12,254 nt of DNA, from positions 1 to 12,254 of the forward strand of contig JAZGDW010000234.1 of the NCBI GenBank assembly GCA_036478295.1, read 5' to 3'. The translations under genes were made by a program, and so were the position numbers. This DNA comes from Candidatus Krumholzibacteriia bacterium (GTDB lineage Bacteria > Krumholzibacteriota > Krumholzibacteriia > WVZY01). The notes under the pieces are model-generated. The model had not been told where the DNA came from, did no database searches, and was given only the letters and a program-made list of their open reading frames with translations. Every line of letters begins with the position of its first letter. The stretch's first letter is position 1. Below, one piece after another: positions 7,092-12,254 of this stretch.

Positions 7092-8267
7092 GTGCACAGA
7101 GAAGCTGGAAATGATCGACACAAGCGGGCGTTGAACGAAACGCCGGGGACGGCGCGACGACTACGGATTCTGTTCGCCGATTCCGTCCGCGTCTGGGGCG
7201 GCGCGCAGCGATTCGTTCTGGAGTCGGCAACGCGTCTTGCGTCGCGCGGGCACCGGGTTGTCGTTCAGACCTATCCCGGCACACCGCTCGCGCAACGTGC
7301 GCGGGAATGCGGGCTACCGGTGAAAGAGGTGTCCACCCGCGCCGATGCCGCTCCGTGGACCGTCCTCCCTCTCGCCGCGCAGATGCTCCGCCACCCGTAC
7401 GATGTGTTGGTAACCACCTGGGACAAGGACCTGCGCACCGCAGGTCTGGCCGCAAAACTCTGCGGGCGCAGAACCCTCATTATCCATACTCGCGAGTGCG
7501 ACGACCGTCTCAAGAACCGGCTGCGCCACCGCTGGTTCTACAACCGGGTCGCGGACCACATCCTAGTCAATAGCGAGGCAACGTTGGCCACAACGCTTCG
7601 CTCGGCGCCCTGGCTCGACCGGAACCGTACCAGTATCCTTTATAAGGGTATCGAGCTTCGCGACTACGAATCGCTCCACCCAGAAACGTGGCGTAAGCAG
7701 ATGGACCCCAACGGGGACCGGGTAGTCATCGGCTATGCGGGTCAACTGATCGATCGCAAACGGATCGACGTGCTGATGCGCGCGCTATCCGCTCCCGAGG
7801 TAATGGAACTGCCGTGGCACCTGGCTATCGCCGGCCTGGGTCCGGCGGAGGAGCACCTTCGTGAGGAGGCCAGGCGTTTGGGCATAGAGCGGCGGGTGAG
7901 CTTCTGTGGTTTCGTCGATGCGCTCCACGACTGGATGGCGGCGATCGACATATTCGTCCTGCCTTCCCTCATCGAAGGCTTTGGCTACGTGCTGGCGGAA
8001 GCCGGCGCCGCCGGAAAACCGTCCGTCGCCTACCGCGCGAGCAGCGTCCCCGAAGTCGTCATCGACGGAGAGACAGCACTGCTAGCGGAATCCGGTGACG
8101 ACATCGAGTTCGGTCGCCATCTGAAGCGACTCATTACCGATTCGGGGCTTCGACAAAAAATGGGCGCCGCGGCCAGGCAGGATGTCTTCCGGCGCCACGG
8201 TCTCGACGCGATGGTCGAACGCATGGAAGCACGGATGTTCGAACTACTGGATCGTATACCACGCTGA
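7092..8267 (+). CDS. Glycosyltransferase family 4 (GT-B fold)
   Basis: LRILFADS..WGGAQR, ADHILVNS, ILYKGI, IGYAGQLIDRKR, DIFVLPSLIEGFGYVLAEAGAAGKP (E-x7-E motif), VPEVVIDGETALL and MGAAAR. The start is uncertain (GTG 7092 or TTG 7131) and has no clear RBS. Confidence 0.93.
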   Translation: MHREAGNDRHKRALNETPGTARRLRILFADSVRVWGGAQRFVLESATRLASRGHRVVVQTYPGTPLAQRARECGLPVKEVSTRADAAPWTVLPLAAQMLRHPYDVLVTTWDKDLRTAGLAAKLCGRRTLIIHTRECDDRLKNRLRHRWFYNRVADHILVNSEATLATTLRSAPWLDRNRTSILYKGIELRDYESLHPETWRKQMDPNGDRVVIGYAGQLIDRKRIDVLMRALSAPEVMELPWHLAIAGLGPAEEHLREEARRLGIERRVSFCGFVDALHDWMAAIDIFVLPSLIEGFGYVLAEAGAAGKPSVAYRASSVPEVVIDGETALLAESGDDIEFGRHLKRLITDSGLRQKMGAAARQDVFRRHGLDAMVERMEARMFELLDRIPR

Positions 8268-8315
8268 CCCGCCGACAACCTGCAGCACGGGACAGGGTGA
8301 CCGGGAGGGGTGCCG

Positions 8316-8954
8316 ATGGAGCAATTCCTGAACCACTGCGCAAGGGCCGTACTCGAGGGTGACAAACCGCTCGCGACGGACCTCGCGGCAAGAGTCCTCA
8401 CCGAACGCTACGACATTCTCCAGGTCATCGAGCAAGGATTCGCTATGGGCATCCGGCAGGCGGGGGCGCTGTGGGAGAAGGGGGAATACTTCCTGCCGGA
8501 GCTCGCCTTCAGCGCCGAGGCGATGAAGGCGGCCATGGATGTGCTCAATCCCGAGCTGCTCGAGCGGACGGACCAGGATCGTTCCAGGGGTGTCGTGGTC
8601 ATCGGCACGGTTCAGGGTGACATCCACGACATCGGCAAAACGCTTGTCGCCACCATGCTGACCGCAAACGGCTACCGGGTAATCGATATGGGTGCCGATA
8701 CCCAACACGCGCGTTTCCTCGAAGAAGCGACGAAACACCGGGCGGATGTGCTGTGTCTGTCCGCGCTCCTGACGACGACGATGGCCGGGCAGCGAGAGAT
8801 TATTGAGCTTCTCAAGAAGCAGAAACGAAGGGACAGCATCAAAGTGGTCATCGGCGGCGCGCCAACATCCGCCCAGTGGGCGCGGGAGATCGGCGCCGAC
8901 GGGTACGCCGAGAATGCGGTCGAGGCTGTCCACGTCGTCGCTTCGCTTCTCTGA
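8316..8954 (+). CDS. Corrinoid (cobalamin-binding) protein, MttC/MtbC-like, with cap and B12-binding domains
   Basis: Cap motif GEYFLPELAFSAEAMK. Base-off/His-on motif GTVQGDIHDIGK (DxHxxG, 8619-8636), followed by LSALLTTT and IGGAP. GGAGG at 8304-8308 favours ATG 8316 over GTG 8310. Confidence 0.95.
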   Translation: MEQFLNHCARAVLEGDKPLATDLAARVLTERYDILQVIEQGFAMGIRQAGALWEKGEYFLPELAFSAEAMKAAMDVLNPELLERTDQDRSRGVVVIGTVQGDIHDIGKTLVATMLTANGYRVIDMGADTQHARFLEEATKHRADVLCLSALLTTTMAGQREIIELLKKQKRRDSIKVVIGGAPTSAQWAREIGADGYAENAVEAVHVVASLL

Positions 8955-8965
8955 TTGGTCGAGCC

Positions 8966-9934
8966 ATGCCCGTTGCCGTGCGAGAATTGTTTGAACGGGG
9001 CGGGGTGCTCCTCGACGGCGGTCTGGGGAGCATGCTGATCGCGGCGGGGCTGCAGGCAGGCTCGCCTCCCGAAGAATGGAACCACACGAACCGAGACGTA
9101 ATAATGACGGTACACGCATCGTACCTGGCGGCAGGCTCCGACGTGATCTCGACGAACACGTTCGGCGCGACACCGGCACGCCTCGAAGGCCACGGCCTCG
9201 GGGACCAGCTGCGGAGCATCAACACGGCCGGCGTGCGCCTGGCAAGGGACGCCGTCGCCCGGTTCCGTGGCGGCCGGGCGGACAAAAACCAAAGGCGGGA
9301 CTCCGGGAACGAGGCGGCGGACGCCAGGTTTGTTGCCTTATCGATCGGCCCCACCGGAAAGATGCTGCCACCGGTCGGTGCGGCGAGTGAAGACGAGGTC
9401 AAGGCGGAGTTCACCGGGCAGTTCCGGAGCATTGAGGACGATTTCGATTTCGTGTTGATCGAAACCATCTTTGACTTGAGAGAGGGACTTCTCGCGCTCG
9501 AAGCGGCAAAGGACACTTTTCCGTATCCGGTCGCCGTCTCGCTGACCTACAACACGAATCCCCGGGGATTCTTTACGGTAATGGGAGATGAGGCCGGCGC
9601 CGCCGTCAAGCAACTCCAGGCAGCGGGCGCCGATGTCGTCGGCGCCAACTGCTCGATTTCGAGCGGTGATATGCTGGCGCTGGCCGATGTGCTGCGGCGG
9701 AATACGGATCTTCCGATTCTTTGCCAGCCCAACGCCGGCAATCCGACGGTCGAGAACCGTGTCCCCGTTTACAAGCAGCGTCCGGAGGAATTCGCCGGTG
9801 ATGCCATGAAGCTTTTCGAAAAAGGAATCAATGCGGTTGGCGGGTGCTGCGGAACGACCCCCGATTTCATACGTGAGGTGTCCGCCAGGCTCCGGCCAGG
9901 AAGGCCAAAGCCTGAAGGCGCCGCGGGCTCATAA
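8966..9934 (+). CDS. Homocysteine S-methyltransferase family protein (stand-alone MetH N-terminal, Zn/homocysteine-binding domain)
   Basis: LLDGGLGSML, PEEWN, VHASYLAAGSDVISTNTFGA, SIGPTG, LIETIFDLRE, QPNAG, and Zn ligands GANC (Cys 9650-9652) and GGCCGT (9845-9850). The start is placed at ATG 8966, 11 nt after the upstream stop. The ORF-track start at 8876 overlaps the previous gene. Confidence 0.95.
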   Translation: MPVAVRELFERGGVLLDGGLGSMLIAAGLQAGSPPEEWNHTNRDVIMTVHASYLAAGSDVISTNTFGATPARLEGHGLGDQLRSINTAGVRLARDAVARFRGGRADKNQRRDSGNEAADARFVALSIGPTGKMLPPVGAASEDEVKAEFTGQFRSIEDDFDFVLIETIFDLREGLLALEAAKDTFPYPVAVSLTYNTNPRGFFTVMGDEAGAAVKQLQAAGADVVGANCSISSGDMLALADVLRRNTDLPILCQPNAGNPTVENRVPVYKQRPEEFAGDAMKLFEKGINAVGGCCGTTPDFIREVSARLRPGRPKPEGAAGS

Positions 9935-10603
9935 ATGGAGAAGGTCCACCGCATACGCGACCTGGAGATTTCCATCGTCCAGGACGAGATCGCGGGGCTG
10001 CTCGGCTACGGGGAATCCGATATGCCCACGCGCGTGCGGACGATGATCACGGAGGCCGAAGCCGCTGCGCCGCGGCTTCTCTCGCCGGCGTGCGCCTACC
10101 GCATCATGGCTGTTGAGGAGTATCCGCAGTCGCGCTACCTCAATCACATCCAACAGTCGGCCTTTTGCCTGGTCACCATAGGCGGCGCGCTCGAGCGAGA
10201 GGTGCAGCGGCACAAGGAAAACGGCGAACTGGCCCGTGCGCTCGTCCTTGATGTCTACGGGTCCGCCGCGGCGGAGGCGACCGCCGTGGCCGCCAACGGA
10301 CTGATCGAGAGCGCTGTCTCCGCCAGGGGACTCCGGTGCAGCCGGAGGTTCAGCCCGGGCTATGGCGGGTGGGCCGTCGCCGAGCAGAAATGGATCTTGC
10401 CCGCGCTGGACGCGGACGTGCTCGAGGTAACGCTCACCGAAGGGTGCATGATGAACCCGCGAAAATCCATCACGTTCGCCGTCACGATCGGTGATGATCC
10501 AGTCGAGATGAGAACCGCCGACATTTGTGAAACGTGCGGTGCGGTTAACTGCCGGCTGCGACATACGGCGCGAAAATGTTTTGGGAGACGATCCGGCCAA
10601 TGA
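9935..10603 (+). CDS. Stand-alone B12-dependent methionine synthase activation (AdoMet-binding reactivation) domain protein
   Basis: 222 aa with LVTIGGALE, LDVYGSAAAE, RRFSPGYGGW, VTLTEGCMMNPRKSIT and C-terminal CETCGAVNC. It starts immediately after the upstream stop (TAA-ATG). Confidence 0.9.
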   Translation: MEKVHRIRDLEISIVQDEIAGLLGYGESDMPTRVRTMITEAEAAAPRLLSPACAYRIMAVEEYPQSRYLNHIQQSAFCLVTIGGALEREVQRHKENGELARALVLDVYGSAAAEATAVAANGLIESAVSARGLRCSRRFSPGYGGWAVAEQKWILPALDADVLEVTLTEGCMMNPRKSITFAVTIGDDPVEMRTADICETCGAVNCRLRHTARKCFGRRSGQ

Positions 10604-12081
10604 ACTTCGCTGACAGACCTCATTTCACTATCCTGCCGCCCGAGAGAATCGATCAAATCCTCGCTGAGGCCTTTGAGACCCTCGATAAAATCGGCGTCTT
10701 CATCGAGAACGATGAAGCGGTCGAGCGGCTCTCCGGTGCGGGAGCGAAGGTGTCCGATGATGGCAAACGGGTTTTCATCCCCAGGCAGCTCTGCGACAGG
10801 TGCATTGGCACCGTACCCAAAACCTTCACGCTTTACGATCGCGACGGCAACGATGCCGGGGTGGTTGGCGGTGACAACATCATCTTCAACCCGGGGTCGG
10901 CAGCGATTTCCATATATGACTTCGCCGAAAAACGCATTCGCGAACCCGTGACCGCGGACGTCATCGACTTTGTACTTCTCACCGATCGTCTCCCCGCGTT
11001 CGAAGCGCAGAGTACCGCAGTCGTTCCCACGGACGTCCCCGAACAACTGGCGGATCGTTACCGGCTGTTTCTCGCGTTGATTTACGGCAAAAAACCGGTC
11101 ATAACGGGGACCTTCACCAAAGAGGCCTATTCCACGATGCTCTCTTTGTTAACCGCGGTCAGGCGCGGCCCAGAGGAGCTGAAGAAAAAGCCACTAGCCG
11201 TGTTCGACTGCTGTCCCTCCCCGCCGCTCATGTGGAGCGATCTGACGTGCCAGGTATTGATGGACTGCGCGAAGCACGAAATCCCCGCGGAAACGGTTTC
11301 CATGCCGCTCGCCGGTGCTACCGGCCCGGTGACATTGGCAGGATCGCTCGTTCAGCACACCGCGGAAACGTTGAGTGGTGTCGTGATCCATCAGATCACC
11401 ACTCCGGGAGCCCGCCTGGTTTACGGAGGGGCGGCGGCGTGTTTCGACATGCGAAAGGGAACGACGCCCCAAGGCGCGGTGGAAACGATGATGATCGACA
11501 CAGCCTATGTCCAGATCGCCCGGACGCTCGGAATTCCCTCCCATGTCTACATGGGGCTCAGCGACGCGAAGCTGCCGGATTCGCAGGCGGGGTTCGAAAC
11601 GGCGATGGGAGCGACGCTGGCGGCGCTTGCCGGCGCCAACGTCGTATCGGGACCGGGGATGCTCAACTTCGTGAGCACGCAAAGCCTCGAAAAGCTCGTG
11701 CTGGACGGCGAAATCTGTGCGATGGCGCGGCGCCTGATCGAGGGCATCGCCTTTCGTGAAAAGAGTGCGGGTTTCGATGCCCTGCGAGAGTACGCCGTGA
11801 ATGGAAATTTTCTAGCATCGGAGCACACGCGGCGTTTCTTTCGCCAAGAGGTCTACTACCCGTCGGACGTGATAGACCGTGCAACACGCGGCGAGTGGGA
11901 AAAATCCGGCGCGCTGAGCGCGGAGGAAAGGGCCCACAGAACTGTGATCGAGCTGCTGGCACCGCCGCCCGACTCGCTGCTTTCACCAGACATCATCGAC
12001 GAGCTCGACGCAATCATGCAGGAAGACGCCAGTAAACACGGGCTCGACGCCCTGCCCGACTGGCGGTCACGGCTTGGTTGA
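10600..12081 (+). CDS. mttB: Trimethylamine methyltransferase (MttB) superfamily protein, non-pyrrolysine type
   Basis: TLDKIGV, VPKTFTLYDRDG, CPSPPLMWS, SMPLAGATGPVTLAGSLVQHTAETLSGVVIHQ..PGARLVYGG, DMRKG, SDAKLPDSQAGFE, GPGML, SLEKLVLDGE and FLASEHT. ATG 10600 overlaps the upstream TGA (ATGA), with GGGAG at 10583-10587. Leu (CTC 11557-11559) sits at the pyrrolysine-equivalent position. Confidence 0.95.
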   Translation: MNFADRPHFTILPPERIDQILAEAFETLDKIGVFIENDEAVERLSGAGAKVSDDGKRVFIPRQLCDRCIGTVPKTFTLYDRDGNDAGVVGGDNIIFNPGSAAISIYDFAEKRIREPVTADVIDFVLLTDRLPAFEAQSTAVVPTDVPEQLADRYRLFLALIYGKKPVITGTFTKEAYSTMLSLLTAVRRGPEELKKKPLAVFDCCPSPPLMWSDLTCQVLMDCAKHEIPAETVSMPLAGATGPVTLAGSLVQHTAETLSGVVIHQITTPGARLVYGGAAACFDMRKGTTPQGAVETMMIDTAYVQIARTLGIPSHVYMGLSDAKLPDSQAGFETAMGATLAALAGANVVSGPGMLNFVSTQSLEKLVLDGEICAMARRLIEGIAFREKSAGFDALREYAVNGNFLASEHTRRFFRQEVYYPSDVIDRATRGEWEKSGALSAEERAHRTVIELLAPPPDSLLSPDIIDELDAIMQEDASKHGLDALPDWRSRLG

Positions 12082-12175
12082 GCGGCGCGCCGTCCAATCC
12101 ACGAGAATGAAGAGCGTTGCCTTGTGGGGCAGTTTCCAGCACCGCGCTCCGCTTCGCTCGGCTACCCAGCGGCCA

Positions 12176-12254
12176 GCGCGGGTGGCAGCGAACGGGCGCC
12201 CGGCCGCGCGCAGCTTGCGAGCACGGACGGGCTGTTCGCTGACAGGACCCGCGC
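12176..12254. repeat. Long imperfect inverted repeat (nested hairpin), possibly continuing beyond the window
   Basis: Nested pairings: GCGCGGGT 12176-12183 / ACCCGCGC 12247-12254; CAGCGAAC 12186-12193 / GTTCGCTG 12234-12241; GCCCG 12198-12202 / CGGGC 12228-12232; CCG 12204-12206 / CGG 12224-12226; CGCA 12209-12212 / TGCG 12216-12219. Confidence 0.75.

Noticed and set aside
10600..12081. Pyrrolysine (amber) recoding in mttB or neighbouring genes
   Set aside because: There is no in-frame TAG in mttB. The TAG codons at 6551 and 7076 fall at natural protein ends, and no pyl genes are in the window.
1..12254. CRISPR array, tRNA/rRNA, transposase or integrase
   Set aside because: I saw no regularly spaced direct repeats, RNA gene signatures or recombinase motifs on either strand.

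Overview
GC-rich bacterial DNA in two divergent blocks. A C-terminal QNYPNPFNP/FlgD-type domain suggests an FCB-related lineage such as Krumholzibacteriota or Latescibacterota (inference). The minus-strand block (<1-4386) holds an exported M28 metallopeptidase that runs off the left edge and is missing from the ORF track, a 3-heme cytochrome c that looks like an HAO-like octaheme protein with its middle deleted in frame, and an exported CotA-like multicopper oxidase with a C-terminal sorting-type domain. The 769-bp divergent spacer has an AT-rich patch with several operator-like palindromes and an eroded, frameshifted remnant of what looks like a pilin-family gene. The plus-strand block (5156-12081) is seven tightly packed genes: a thiolase-fold protein lacking the catalytic Cys, a DUF35 Zn-ribbon/OB-fold partner, a GT4 glycosyltransferase, a corrinoid protein, a homocysteine S-methyltransferase domain, a stand-alone MetH activation domain and a non-pyrrolysine MttB-family methyltransferase. 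The last four read as a split, cobalamin-dependent methionine synthase in which MttB takes the place of the folate-binding module. An approximately 80-nt GC-rich hairpin runs to the right edge. Family calls come from motif recognition only; no database searches were run.
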